DNA of 64,000 nt from the human T2T-CHM13v2.0 reference genome, Homo sapiens. Where the stretch lies: NCBI RefSeq assembly GCF_009914755.1, contig NC_060935.1, one strand, 5' to 3'. Both the position numbers and the translations under genes were made by a program. This document shows, piece by piece, positions 28,693-43,242 of the stretch (its first letter is position 1; every line of letters begins with the position of its first letter). The notes beneath the pieces were generated by a model. It had not been told where the DNA came from. It worked only from the letters and a program-made list of their open reading frames with translations, and searched no databases.

Positions 28693-28774
28693 ATGAAAAC
28701 CATCCAGCCAAAAATGCACAATTCTATCTCTTGGGCAATCTTCACGGGGCTGGCTGCTCTGTGTCTCTTCCAAG
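28693..28774 (+). CDS. NTM: Neurotrimin first coding exon (promoter 1a isoform), signal peptide MKTIQPKMHNSISWAIFTGLAALCLFQ(G)
   Basis: Manual translation from ATG 28693 (A at -3) gives 27 codons + 1 nt (82 nt), followed by the donor CAAG|GTAAGA. The peptide has a basic N-region and a hydrophobic core, and matches the recalled N-terminus of the NTM isoform that continues GVPVRSGDATFPK. Downstream exons lie outside the window. Confidence 0.96.
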
Positions 28775-30329
28775 GTAAGAGCTTGCTATTGATTTGCCTT
28801 CGGTAGACCCAGGAATTGTACAGTGTGCTTTATAAGATTTGCAGACTCCCCGAGTCGGCTGTGCTGCGCTGTTTGCAGGTGGAGGAGAGAGCGTTTAGAC
28901 AGCATGGCTGGGACTTCATTCTCCCGACTAGGCTGTGAGAATATTGATTTGATTCTGGCTGCTACCGGAATGGGGGAATATGTATGTGCATAAGTAAAAT
29001 GTGTTTGGTGCTCCTGTTAGGACTGTGCTTGTGTGCAAGGCTCCCTGGCTTCATGCACATTCTTGCACACATACACAACGGAGCACACATGTAAGCAGGG
29101 GGAAATGACAGATTCGGAGGGCAACAGGGTTGCTAATGTGTTGCTTATGCGACTGGGAAGAAATTACAAGAGGAAACTTTAAATATCGGCCAGCGAACTT
29201 GCAAAGCTTTTAAAAGGAGCAAAGGGGAAAATGCAGGCTAGAAAGAATCAGGTGCTTCCTGTGAGGTTCTGGTCAGCGATCCAGCTGCAAGGGATGAGTC
29301 AATTTGCAGCAGTGGGGGACAACTGTATTAGTTTTAAATGTGTTCGGGGGTGTGTTTGTGGCTGGGGTCGGAGGTGTGGAAGCGAGGGGAGCCGGGGCTC
29401 TGAAATTCTAAAAAGCTTTTCGAAGTTGAAGGGAGAGAGGCAATAAGAGTCGAATGCTAATTTTCTGTTTATTTATCGGCTGAGCCGGGAGCCCTGGGGG
29501 CTGCAGTTGAGTGCAAGCTTTGATGTCCCCAGTGCTGTGTTCTGTGCATTTGGAATCGGCCTCCACCTTGAGTCCATTTGCTGCACCGTGCCTCCCCACA
29601 CCCCATCCCGGCTCTCACGTCTGTTCGTTCCAGCAACAGAATTATCCACTAATCTTCTTGCTCCCACCTGCCCTGTCCTTTGGGGTAACTAGTTTGCCTC
29701 TTTTATATTAAACACAGCTAAAACTCGTAAGGATCGAGACAAGCTGAGAAACTTTCCCAGGGTGGCCCAGCAGGGCTCCGGGAGGAGGAGCCCTCTCTTG
29801 GGAGGTGAGGCTCAGTCCTATGCAGTTGTATTCCCAGAGGAAAGTTCCCTCTGACCCGGTGAAAAACGATGGGGAGTCCCACCCCCTCGCCCTCTTCTCC
29901 CCCTGCAATATGGAGTTCTCCTGATCTGGACTGAGTCCTGAGCTGTAGTCCTGCTGGCTCTTCTCCGAGGTTAGGATTTAGGGATTGCTGCTGTCCTCTT
30001 GACATAGGTTGCAGTGGCTGCAGTGTGGATCCACGTAAGGTGGGCAGAGAGACCAGGCTGGAAGGATCAAATGTGTACACCCTTGACTGGGGCTCGATGA
30101 AGAAGGCAAGGGGTGGGGACAGGAGGGATCTGTGTCGGGTGATAAGGAAGTCCAAGGTGGTGAATCTTGCAGGGATGTCCATGATGTCGTCTGCTGCACC
30201 CAACCCCAGGAGGCATGGGCCTCAGGATTCCCTGCTGTCCCCTAGGGGCTTTGGTGGGTGTTTGAGTGAAGGGAATCAACTTGGAGGCATCCTCGATTGA
30301 CTCCTCTTATATAATATGAAGCAGTATCA

Positions 30330-30360
30330 GTGTGTGTGTGTGTGCGTGCGTGTGTGTGCA
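30330..30360. repeat. (TG)n microsatellite
   Basis: gtgtgtgtgtgtgtgcgtgcgtgtgtgtgca. Confidence 0.9.
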
Positions 30361-33300
30361 CCCCTGCTTGTTCTGGGTGCACAAGAATGAAGTGGGGAAG
30401 CTGAGTTCAGGATCGGGCAGTTTCGGAAAAGCAGTTTCTGTGGGGGTTGACAGCAAAAATGAAAACTAAGCAGGCAAGGGGTAGGGTGAGGGGTCAGAGG
30501 TAGGGAGAGGGAAGGTCCCAAGCCCTCAGTCATTTCTATCTGTCCCGAGATCCATGTCTCTTCTGCCTGTAACATCAAACTGGAGACAATGACCAAACTT
30601 CCACCATCAACAGCCCTGCTGGCTGCATGCCAGGAGCCCCAGGGCCATACTGAATTTACATATAAATTAGCATACGTGATTTTTTTTTTCATCAGAATAA
30701 ATGCAGGGAAGCATAATATTTGCTCATACTTTGAATCATCTCTGAATAGATGAGTAGCAAAGTGGTGGTGCCAATTTCTCTAAGGTGCCATCTGACTTTG
30801 TGGTCTTGTTCCTAACTTGGGGTAGGGGTGGTGGCGACAGCACTATCTCAGACCTTATCACATTCTACCGAATCCGGAATTTCTCAAAAAGAATGATGGC
30901 CTTATTTGTGCTACCCTCACCCAGTCAGCCCTGAACAGGCTTCAGTGGTCGTAATAGAACAAGGTTGCCCAATTTTAACGCAGAACGACCCCCAAAGACC
31001 CGCATATTGCATGCCAGTCAGATGTGGCAAAGGTGATGTCTGTTTTCTCTTTCAGAGGAAGGAAGCTGAAGTCTGCCAGCTATCTCTTATCAAACTTGCA
31101 GAATTACTGAGGCAGCCCAGGTCTTGCCTGCAATAATCCACCCCTATTGCATTGACCCAGTGGGACTAGTTAGAATGCAGCACACATTCCAAGGCGATTT
31201 TTTCTTCTCCTCTGTTTTTGTTTTAAGCTGGTTCTTCCTAGAGCTGCTGCTTCCTGTGCCTCCTGCCTCTTGAAAAGGTGTCTGGTGCTAATGGCAGGTT
31301 AGGAACCCCTCCCTGACCTGCTCCTCCCCACAACCCAACCAGCAACCAAGATCCAGCTTAGGTAGGGAGGGGGGTTTCTGAGGGAATCAGCACTGATTAG
31401 TGACGCTGACAGGAGGGGGGATTAGCTCCCTGGGGCTCTGGCCCTAAGATACACCAGGGTTGATTAAGTGGAGGCATCTCGTTGCCGGGAGCAGACGCTA
31501 CAGAACTGGATCAGGCGCTGTCCCTTGCAGAACACCCACCGCCCACCTTCTGCCACTGAGAGCCTCTGAAAGGAATGGCTGCTTGTGCTGCAGCTTCCTC
31601 TTTCTAGAAAACCGACCATTTCTCCTTCGAAGGATTATTGTTTCTTTTAACACCTTCAGATTTGCTTGGCTAGGTTCCTCTCTTACCTTTCTCATTTCCT
31701 CACCTCTCCTCACATCCCGCATCCGCTTAGCAGCTAGCCTGAGACACAGACAGGGCAGAGGAGAAGGAAAAGGTGCCTCGGCAAAGTTCACACTCCCCTT
31801 CGCGCAGCACCCGGGAGGTGGGCGGTGGGCGCCCTTCGGCTGGGCAGGCCGGCCAGGTTCCTGCCATGCACAGTACACACGTGGTGCCAGCAGCAGCTTG
31901 AGCTGGGCAATGCTTCTGATATTCAGGGGTGGCAGACGAGACCATAGCAATATCTACTGGCAAAGTGGAAACATCAGCCTGGGATGATGGGACCCTGGGC
32001 CTGACATAGGCATTGTGGGCTCTTGGAAGCATGGCAGTAAGGGGAGGGCGTCAGGGAGCCTCATCGAATGGAACCTGCCTGCCAGGCTTGGGGCTGCCAA
32101 CTTGAGGCAAGTTCCTGGCAAGGCGTGCACAGTGGCACAAATGTAGCTCACCTCCGCCCTTTGTATTAGGAGGCCACCCCACCAATGGGGATGGCCGTCT
32201 GAGCATTCGCTCAAGCGTGCCTGGAGAGTGTCTGCCCTGGCCGGCAGGTCTCGCTGCATGAAGACCATTCTTGAAACTGCAGCTTTAGTTACCAGGCACA
32301 GAGCCTGGTCCTGGTCCTGATTCTTCCCTTTTTTGGTTCCCTTAAAGCCAAATATAAGCCCCCAGATCTCGTCTTATCAGCTGCAATGTACAGTCCCTGA
32401 CTTCTGTTCTTTCTCAGTAACCTCCTTCCATAGCGCTGGTTTTAATTCAGGCGTCTGGCGTAGTGTCTTCAGGTGTGTCTCTTGGTTCCCTGCCTGAGGT
32501 GATAGGGTCTAGATTGCCTCCTGGCAGTTCCCTGGGTTCTGCTCTCTGCCTGCGTACTGTCTGCCAGGCTGATAGTGGCTCCTTTTCTTGATGGGCCAAA
32601 CAACCTGGTGTTGATTTTAGCCAAAACTTGTCCCTTGGGATGAAGTGAGCTCTCTCAACATCCCAAGAAATGGCAGAATTTCTGAATCAATATGGGGCAC
32701 ATGATTCTGACGTGTACAGAAAACACATGCTGGAGAGATTTGTAATGCTCTTGCCATTCAATCATAGTAGAGGCACACTTTGGGTAGGATGAACAGGTCT
32801 GTGATTTGGCTTTTTTCCTAGTATTTTGGATTCAAGCTCATGATCTGCTTCTGCTCACAAACTAGAATGCTAAAGATTAACAAACAAACAAACAAAAAAC
32901 CCACATTGCTCTCTCTCTTGCTGCAGCAGAGATCCTACAAATGCTTCACACACCCAATATGCGTGGTCTCCAGGTTTCAAGCCATTTCTAGTGGTCTGAA
33001 CATAGCTCCATGGGGGACATGTACATCTAAGCTCAAATTTCTCTGTTTTCTGTAGGGAAAAATCTCTCCCTCTGCGGGCCTATCTCCCCACCTGCCCACC
33101 AGGCCGGGGAGCGACTCCCCTGGGTGTTGTAAGGACTCATTAATGCTTGTAACACTCCAAACATGTGGTGCTAAGTGGAACTCCATGCTGAGATTATATT
33201 TATGCAGTTTACTTCCTTTCTGCTCTATTGTCTTGTTACATGTTTACTTTATGTCTATAGTCATTTGAAATTCAATAAAACCAATTAAACATAAAAAAAG

Positions 33301-33779
33301 AAAGCATGCAGTAATAAAGAAGTCGATGGCATACAGTTTGGAAGGGTCAAAGGGTACCATCCTAGTGTTCCTAGAAGCATCACCTCCCCATTGCCGGAGG
33401 GTGCTTCATCTTATCAGAGAGTGCACTGGGGAAGGGCAGAAGGGCTTTAGAAGGCACTTGCAGGGAGCATGCCTCCCATCCCTTTGCAAAAGGAGGCTTC
33501 AGTGTGGGACTGCAGCGTGAATGGTGGAGAGGGGGAGCACTAGGGAGGATGGAGCTGGAGGTAGGAGTTTCAGAAAAAATAGCTCTAATCTGGATTGGCA
33601 AAGGGTGGGAAAAAAAGAGCTCTGGCTTCTGCTTTGACTGATTTTGGTCGGTAACCTCTGAGAACTTTATTTTTTCTTTCATGTATGTATGTATGTATGT
33701 ATGTCTTTATTTATGCAACCCTCTGGATTAAGCCTGCTCTTGCTACCACTGCTTAAACTGAAAAGATATAGGACTGCAT

Positions 33780-33912
33780 CCATTTTCCTTCCCATTCTCT
33801 CTCCCTCCTTCCCTCCTTCTCTCCTTCTGCCCACTCCCCCTACTTCTCTGTTCTTCACCTTCTCTTTTTCTCTTTCCCTTTTTCTGTTTTCCTTTCATTT
33901 TTCCTTCTCCTC
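33780..33912. repeat. Polypyrimidine low-complexity tract
   Basis: About 130 bp, almost entirely C/T on the + strand. Confidence 0.85.
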
Positions 33913-35921
33913 TATGGGAAAAATAATTGATCAGTTGACAGATCTAGGTCAAGCTGGCAGGGGTTGCTCTGCTTCATGCAGGCTTGCCTAGGAGAAGGAG
34001 GGGAGAGCCTGTCTTCACAGTTCACAAGGAGCCCAGCTGATGGGATGGAAGCGGGGAGGGAGGCCAACGGACCATGGGCGAGTTCAGCCCTCCCCAAAAG
34101 GTTCTCTGGGATCCTATTAATTACAGAGTCTTCCATTATTTGGTATCTCTCACACTCTAATTTTCCATATCAAATTTATCTTTGCCTATTTCCTGCTTTT
34201 TTTCTCAGCTTCTATAAGCTGTCTGTTTCGGTTTTTCTTGTTCTTCTTTCTACTTGCCCCTCCTTTCTCTTCTCCTTTTCTACTGCTTCTAAAATCATGA
34301 CAGGAGATCACAGAATCTCCCCTACTTAAGTCATATTAGAGAAATGGCCTTTTGTTTATTTGCAAGTGGAGAAACAGAAACCCTGCCAGAAGAGCTCTGT
34401 AAGTCATTTGCAAACTGCAAAACAAACCAACAAAGATTCACATTTTCATTGCGGAGAAGAGCGTATTTCAAGAGAGACTGTCAAGCTAAGAAATCAAATA
34501 TTGGAAAACACATTCTTCAGCTCTGTTACTAAGGACATCTTAGGTTACTAAATTTGATTTTTTTTTTTTTTTTAGCTTCAGTGAGAGTATTGCCCTTTGC
34601 GATAAGAAAAGACTGATCAAAAGACTGCTGGTTTTGGCTTTACTTCCTCATTCAAATTCACTCGCTAGTGGTGCTTCCTTTGCTCATCTTGGAAGCGTCA
34701 CCAAACTCTCACCCTAACACCAAATCCATCTGGTTGTTTATTTGCCCACGGGTTCAATCACATCCAAGTGTTTATTGAGTGTCTACTACGTTCGGTGCAC
34801 TGTTTTAGGTGCTGGAGATAAAACAGCGATGAAAAAGCAACTAACGGATAAGACCAAAGACCTAGTTGGGTCTCTCAGATTTGGTTTGGCTTGGCATCCT
34901 TTGTCATAAACGGAAAGCAACAACAGCAGTACCGGAAGCAAGGGTGGAGACTTCATGGCACAGCCTCTGGCCTCCTGTGCAAATGATGATGGATGGCAGG
35001 GAAGTAACCAGCCCTCAATCCTTGTTTTGAGACAGGGGTTTGGGAAGAGGAGGTGCACACCCTGGCTCTGGGTTCTCATAACACAGAGATGCTGCCTTTG
35101 CTACTCCACACAACCTCTTGTAGAAAAGGAGCTCATGGATGCCTTTGGTGTATATAGGATGGGGAATGCTGCTGTGAGTTCACTGTCTTTGTGGTCATTG
35201 TCTTGTGTGTTTGAGTTACTGGTTGATGCTGAACATCACTGTCACCTCTCTGGCCTCTCCACTTCCTTTATGCCCTGACTTCTGCACAGAACTGGAGGGC
35301 CAAGAAGATAAAAGGAGAATACCAGATAAGGCCAGGGAAGAATTTGCCTCAGACAGCTTTTGTGGATGAGGCAAATACTATTCTTCTGACCTGTGGGAGG
35401 GATTCAGAATTCAGGGTAGAGCTAAGATAACCTCCTCTATGAGAACCCTTTTAATTTGCTATCCAATCATCACATCTTAATTTAGAGTTCCTGGAATAAT
35501 ACAAATGCATTATTAACAAAAGGAATTTCTTTGTTTTCTTCTGATGGAATACAGTGTTTTGGGCGTCACATTGTGTAGTTGTTCTCCTACACACCCATCT
35601 TCTTTCAATCCATGGATTGTGTTTGCAGCACTGTGTGTACAGAGGTAACAAAGCTGCTCTGGCACTCACACTGTGTACTCTAGCTGCACCCTGAATGCTT
35701 TGGGAGGGCTGCTGCTATCTGCATTTCCATCACGGTGGTGGTGATCATGCCTAGGTTTTCTCATGAACAAGAACAGGTAATTACCTTTCTCATAAACCCA
35801 TGATTCTTCCAAGTCCAGTGGTCTAGACCAATTATACATTGCCCAACTTGATCTCAGAAGTCAGAATGATCCTCAGTGGGTAGGTGCAATCTGCATTTAT
35901 TTGCAATACTCTGTCTGAAAG

Positions 35922-36105
35922 CCAGTGGTTTGCAAACTTGCCATACCATAGAATCACCTGGGAAACTTTATAAAAATACCAATGTCTGGACCCTATCACA
36001 GACCAATTAAATCAGAATCCCTTTGAATGGGACCCTACACTGATATTTTTAAGAGCTCTCCAAGAAGGCCTAATCTGCAGTCAGGTTGAAAAGTGTACCT
36101 CTAAA
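35922..36105. mobile_element. MER5-type hAT-Charlie MITE
   Basis: cagtggtttgcaaactt...agaatcacctgggaaacttt...attaaatcagaatc. Confidence 0.75.
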
Positions 36106-37309
36106 GCCATCTGAACATGTTCAAAGACCTTGGGTAAGACACATCCCCTATATAGGCTTCAGTTTTCTCACTCTAAAATAAAACACTTGGACTAAGAGAT
36201 TTTCAAGTCTCATTCCAAGTTCAACATTTGGCAATACTGCAAATAGTCTTTTTGAGTATAGTTATTGATAGGTAGTGGTTCTAAAAGAAAATACTCAGCA
36301 CCAGCCTCTGCCTGCAGGAAGGTAAGAATATAAACAGCATCACAGACGAATGAACAGAGTCAGAACATGTAAATGGTGTGTGTGCGTGCAAACTCTACGT
36401 GCTATCTCATATATATGATGTTGTGTATTCATATATGCATGCATTTATTTACCTATAAAGCATCCTTAGAATGGAAGGAAAGGATTAACTTGTCATGGGT
36501 AGGGGGAATAGAACTGATAATGACTCTCAATTGATCAATTCCTAAGCCTTCCTGCAAGAGAAATTCAGAAGGCATTTGATTGAGGGTCAAAAAGGAATGT
36601 GATTGAGCTGGATTGGAGAGTGCTCAGCAATGACAAGCCTTAGAAGAAGCTCCATCCTTAGATGTGAGAATTACATATTTCTCTTCTACCTAGCCTCCCT
36701 GCCCCTCCCCAGGAATCAGTTATCCAGCTGCATTGCTTCCACTGCTCCCTCCTTCTCATGGTCAATAAAGACTCATGCTCAGAACCTCAATGACAATTTT
36801 GCAGCTTCATATGTTAGGTAGAAGTGATGCTGGCTCCACTCACATGGCCAGGACAGCTCCTGTGGTGTATGCCGGAGTGAAAACTTGTTTGTTTTCTGAT
36901 GGAGTCAGCAGATCTAAGAGGCACATTAGAACAGGGCTACTGGCAGATTTGTGCCAAGTTTAGTCTCTGGGTAACCCACACACCCACCTGGCTCCCCAGA
37001 GTGTTCATACTGCTGTGCCAGACAACCCCTGATTCACAACCAGCTCAGGCTGGGAGGGAGGCTCAGAGGGACTTTCAAGATACTTTATTTCAGTTCCTCT
37101 TTTGGGCTCTGACCCCTCAACAATGCAGCTGCAGTGGTCCTCCAGCCTCTATCTCCAGTGATAGGAACTTGCATCTCTTCAGAAGTCCATTGCATCTGTC
37201 AGATTTCAGGAAGACAGGAGGATGGGAAGAAGAGGCAGGGGAAGAGGAAGGAGAAGGAGATTCTGCCTTCTTATAGAATCCAGCCACATGTCCTATATCT
37301 GGAGAGTGA

Positions 37310-37560
37310 TTATAACGTAGCGGCTCCTAACACAGCGGCTCCAGGACCAGATTGCCTTGAGCCAAACCTGGGTCTGCCTCTTTCTGGTTTGAGGTCTGTG
37401 GCAATTGAATCAACCTCTGTACAACTCAGCTCCTCTTCAATAAGATAGAGATAATTATAGGACTTACCTTGTAAGGTTATTATAAGGAATAAATAAGTTA
37501 ATGCAAATAAAGTGTTTGAATACTGCCTTGTACATAGGAAGCTCTCAATAAATATTACCT
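37310..37560 (+). mobile_element. MIR
   Basis: ggaccagattgccttgag...taaggttattataaggaataaataagttaatgcaaataaagtgtttgaa. Confidence 0.7.
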
Positions 37561-37839
37561 AATTCTACTACCCACAGGACTGGTCTAGTTTTTCTACATG
37601 ACTGTTTTCAAATATTTGAAACTGTGATTTCCTCCCTTTCTCCCCTGGATCTCCTCTTTACTAGGTTAAATATTCCAAGGTTTGCCTCCTATTTTCTATA
37701 AAATCATCCATTAACAGAGTGCTGGTGGTTCTTCTCTAGAGTTGTTCTGCTTCCTCTGCATCCTTCTTCCAGTCTTCTCCCAGTATGTCCTGGTAGCCCA
37801 GCATATTAGAGCCCAGCATATTATAGCTTCTCCTGATTC

Positions 37840-38625
<786 letters not shown>

Positions 38626-39654
38626 GGAGGAAGACCTGAGATCCCACTAGGTATTTCAGCTGCCCTGTAACTCTGTCGACTCAAGGTGAGCTATTGTTCA
38701 TTCAACTCTTCCTTATCGTTTGCCTGAGTTGTTTCAATAGGTATGCAAGAGCCTGACCTCAGAACTTACCCTTTCTATTATAAAGCCATTTTCTTAGATT
38801 CAACTCATCTCTTCTTTCTGACAAATATTTTTTTTAGATCCTAAATCTTTTTTCCCGTATATTAGTAATCCCTCCTGGCTGTAATCAATAATAAACCGGA
38901 TGTTATGGATACCTATGTAGTAGTACTTGTGGAGCTCAGTATTTCAGGCTAAACTGACCCAAGAGTGGAAAAGTCATTCTAATGGTGAACTGCTCAGATC
39001 AGTAGGGGAAGGGGGAAGAACCTACGCTCTACATCTAGGTGAGGTGCTGGCATCAGAGGGAAGAATGGGGACAGGGAAGGTTGAACCTAAGAAAAGAGGA
39101 AAATGACTGGATGAATTCATCTAGTTGGAGAAGGTGAAGTGGTCCAGTGTTTTTTAGCTGTTTCTCCAAATCTAGTCTCTCTTCCACAAAGCTGTCCACT
39201 AGAGTACTTGACTTTCTTCCTGAACAGTCAAGAGGAAACTCAGCCCAGTCATGGAATGGATTAATCAACAGCTTTTTTTCTCAATGCAACTGGTGATACA
39301 CGAATATTTATAGTTGGATAAACCATTTTGCTAATTCTGAAGACAAATAAGAATTAACTAATCATTCTACATTTCCTCTTCCTTTTCCATGAAAACTTCC
39401 TAATAAAAGGATCTAAATGCCATATTGTCATTTTTTTTCCGTTATTTTTTCATACTGCTAACTCCTTGTCCAAGGTCAAATAATTTAATAATTAAATCCA
39501 GAAGCTTTTTCATGGACTCCTAGAGTTGTGAGATACCGTGGCATTTCACTTGCCCTGTCTCCTCCCCAAGGCAACAATGCCATCTGAACTGTGTTGATTA
39601 ATTCCTGCTCAAGAACTCCAGAGATTTCTAGTGACCAGACACTCACTACCTGAG

Positions 39655-39830
39655 TTGTGGCTCTCAGTTCTGGCTGCCTATCAGAATCACCTCTGGAGAT
39701 TGTTATAAAGCAGATGCCCAGGTCTGACTCTCAAAAATTCTCCTGGCACAGGTCAGAATAGGGCAAGTTCATCTCTATTCCAAAAGAACAGCAGATGATT
39801 CTATTGGGAGGTACAGCTAAGCATAACTGA
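39655..39830. mobile_element. MER5-type MITE
   Basis: tggctgcctatcagaatcacctctggag...cagatgcccagg...gatgattcta. Confidence 0.6.
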
Positions 39831-39879
39831 TGTTAACACTCTTTTTCATAGCTGATAAACTATGTGAGAAAGCACTTTG

Positions 39880-40270
39880 CAATTCTGGCAGGCATTCTTG
39901 ATGCCTCCTCAATATCAATTCTATCCTTTCTCTTTTGAAATAGTACTCTAAATTTTTTCATAGTAAGAATATGCCCATTTAAAATACTCAACTTCCAGAT
40001 TCTGTTATGACATATGGTCATATACTGCGGTTCAGGCCAATGGGATACAAGCATAAGATGACTGGGTACAGTGTGGAGGGTTGTACTTGGATGGCCTGTG
40101 CTTTTTGGACTTTATTATTTTCCCTTCTTGACTGGGAGACTGGGATCCTTCCTGGAGGTGCAGGATCCCACTTACAAACAGGAGGACAAAGAACACATAT
40201 CAAGAATGACAGAGAAGGATGCTTGTAGGTCAAACCACATGGACTTGCTGTTTGGGTAAATAAAAAAATA
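39880..40270 (+). mobile_element. MLT1-type LTR fragment
   Basis: tggtcatatactgcggttcaggccaatgggatacaagc. Confidence 0.5.
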
Positions 40271-41129
40271 ATTGAGTATAGGTAATTTCATATATCTCAA
40301 ACTGATAGGGGGAACTCAGGTTCAAGATGACATAGCAGTTGTACCAGCTCTAGAATGCATAGTTATAAAGTTATCATCACTTGTGAAAAAAAAAATCTCC
40401 ATTTAATTAGTTTTCTTTTCCTTGCAGCTGAATACAATCCTAATGAATCTATGTGGAACAAAACTTTGCCCCTCCCTAAGTTTTGCCTTTAGAGCTATCA
40501 GGATAGAAGTAAAAGTGTATGATCCACTTTCTAAGAGATGACTATCATAGACCCTACTTATCTTATCGTGGCATCCTTCGTTCTTTCTTGTGATCATCGC
40601 ATGGCACAGTTTCTGGAGCACTAATCATCCTGATCATTATCTTTGAAACATGACCAGTTTGATAATGATCAACTGAAAAGGTTTTGCCAGAGCAGACTCT
40701 GCCAGCTGTAGTCTGACTGGCAAAGTAGAAAGTGAACTGTTACTTAGCAGATTTTGGACTTTATAGTTACATAGGTTCATTCAATTATTGTGTTAGTTTC
40801 ATTCTTTTTTTTTGGATATGCCACATCCTTGGCTCATTTTGAGGCTGTATTTGTTCCTCTCACAAAATAACTGATTCCATAAGACCTTGCCTATCCTTGC
40901 TCACAGGTGATCTTCTCTAAATGATCTTTTTAAACACTTAAAACTTTATTGCCCCTGTGTCCATTGTTTAAATCCATTGAGATTATTTTTCGATCCCGAT
41001 GAGATGTCTTCATCAGCTTTTTGTTATCTCCAAATGATACAGACATGACATCTCCACATCATTGAATCTAATGATAAAAGAACAACATAATCGATCTGAA
41101 AGCATGGCCAGGTGCTTACTTACATTTAT

Positions 41130-42450
41130 ATTTCATCCACTTCAGAATTATTTGTTCAGACCATACTAGGTATTAGGCATACACAACAACAAGGCAGGCA
41201 TAGTTCCTGCACTCAGTTAGATAGACAAGTGACTACCACGTGGTAAGTGCTAGAATAAAAGCAGGTAAGTTTGCTATGGCAGCATTTGGGAGACTTTTCA
41301 GGACAGGAAAGTTCTCTGGAAGGAAGATATGTTAAAGCTGAGAGATAAAGGTGAATAGATTTAACCAGGTGAGAAGAGAGATGAGTGTTACAAGTGGAAG
41401 AAATTGCATATGCTAACGTCTACAGGGAAGAGAGCATGGTAGGAGTTCAGAATTCTGAAATCAAATATGGCTAGATTGAGTGTGTTTGTATGGGGTGATG
41501 GGAGGAGGAATGTAGGTGGAAAGACAAGAGGTATATGTAGAGAGGTAGGTAGAGGTCAGGGCTAGAACTGTTTTCATTGAAGATTTTATACTGAGGGAAA
41601 AGGGTGCATTGAAGCGTTGTATGCCTGAGAGTAACATGACCACATTTGCAGTTATAGTGGCCAAACAACATGATTTGGGTTCGTTGAAAATGGTAATGTG
41701 TCACTCTAGTTACAATATGGGAAATGAATTGAAGTTGGGCAAGACTAGAGGAAAGGGAGCCTCCTAAGGGACGTTGCAACCAGTTAGGCATGAGGTCACC
41801 AGAGTGACAGTTGCAGAGAAGGAGAGACATGGGGGTATTCAAAAGTTGTGGAGGTAGAAGGGTTAAGACTTGGAGATGGACGGGGAAGAAGAGGATAAGT
41901 AATAAAGAAAGTGTAAGAGGACTTCCGTTTTCTAAGTGAATGGCTGAGAGGTGGGTTTTAGAGAGATAGTAATTAATGCAATTTGGGTCATGATGGGTTT
42001 AACAGTAGCTTTCCAATATGAGGTTAGCTAGATGGATCTGAAACTCTGGGTATGAAAAAAGACAGTCTTCAACACAGATACAACTAATTACCCAGGGAGA
42101 GAGTAAGGAATACATAAAAAAGAATTGAGGGCAAACACTAGTCTTTAAAGGCTGGGAGGAGAAGGGATCTGGAAAAGCAGATTGACAAAAAGTGGACAAA
42201 TACATAGGAGAAAAATCTGGAAAGCATGAGGCCATCAAGGCCAAATGGTGTAAATTTGAGGAAGGCAGGAATGTCAGCAGTGTCAAATGTTTCTAAAGGA
42301 TCAAGGGAGATTATACTTAGTTGCAATAATCTCTTCCATGTTCTTGGGGATAACAGTTTTGTGGGGCGGAACAATGGGGTGGGGATACAAATAGAAAGAA
42401 GAAGTGGAGTCAGAAAATGAGTGTAATTATTTCAAAAGGTTTTCTAATTT
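41130..42450 (-). mobile_element. L2 (antisense)
   Basis: gttaaagctgagagataaagg, gcattgaagcgttgtatgcctgagagtaacatgac and gaggccatcaaggccaa motifs. Confidence 0.7.
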
Positions 42451-42671
42451 AAAGAGAGAGAGAGAGTGAGTGAGATGGGCAGGGGCCAGGGAAGGAGAGG
42501 CAAGAAGGAGGATGTGGTGATGGCTGGCCAGGTGAGGCCCTCAGGGAATACAAACAGGTGGGAGGAGTGGCGAATCCTGAGAATAGGTACAGAAAGAAGT
42601 CTTGAAAAGAAGAAGAAAGACTGCTTCCATTACTCTTTAAAGTGAGGAAGGAGAGAAGTGTTTGAGAATAT

Positions 42672-43130
42672 GCATTATGATTAGATTCAGCTGCAAATGA
42701 CAAAAATGATGCAATTAGAGTGGCTTAAATAACGTAATCTGTATCCCTCTGGTTATGGAAATACTCTACTTTGTCTGTTCATGGCTAGTGAGGTGTTCCC
42801 CAAACTCAGGCACCCAGGCCTTTCTGCCATCTGGACCTGTTGCACATGGCCTTGCCTCCACAGTCTAAGGCGGCAGCATCTGTGTGCCAGAGTGGAATGA
42901 GGGAGAGATGAAGAAGAGGCAGGAGGTACCCGGGCACTGCCCCCTGCAGATGCTCCTGGAGGCCATCATGTGGCATCCTTGCTCACCTCCTCTTGTCCAG
43001 GACTCAGCCACATTGCCATACCTAAGTAGAAGAGCATGTGGGAGACTCACAATCCCCTGTGGATGATCACATGCCCAGACAAAGTCAGGGGCCTACCACC
43101 ATGGAAAGAGGGATGGACATTAAGAAACTA
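42672..43130 (-). mobile_element. MLT1-type LTR
   Basis: gattcagctgcaaatgaca...gtggcttaaataa...gtccaggactcagccacattgccatacctaag. Confidence 0.6.
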
Positions 43131-43242
43131 TTCGTGTGTCACATGAAAGGAGGAAAAAGTAGTATTCCCTTGATAAGGATGGAAGAGGCCCTCTAGTCCA
43201 TAGGGTACACATATGGTTAAGGCAATTCTACCATAAAACCAT

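Noticed and set aside
40410-40430. Strong isolated 3' splice acceptors in intron 1 (also near 31055 and 33055)
   Set aside because: No GT directly after the AG and no supportable exon. Such pseudo-acceptors are common in long introns.
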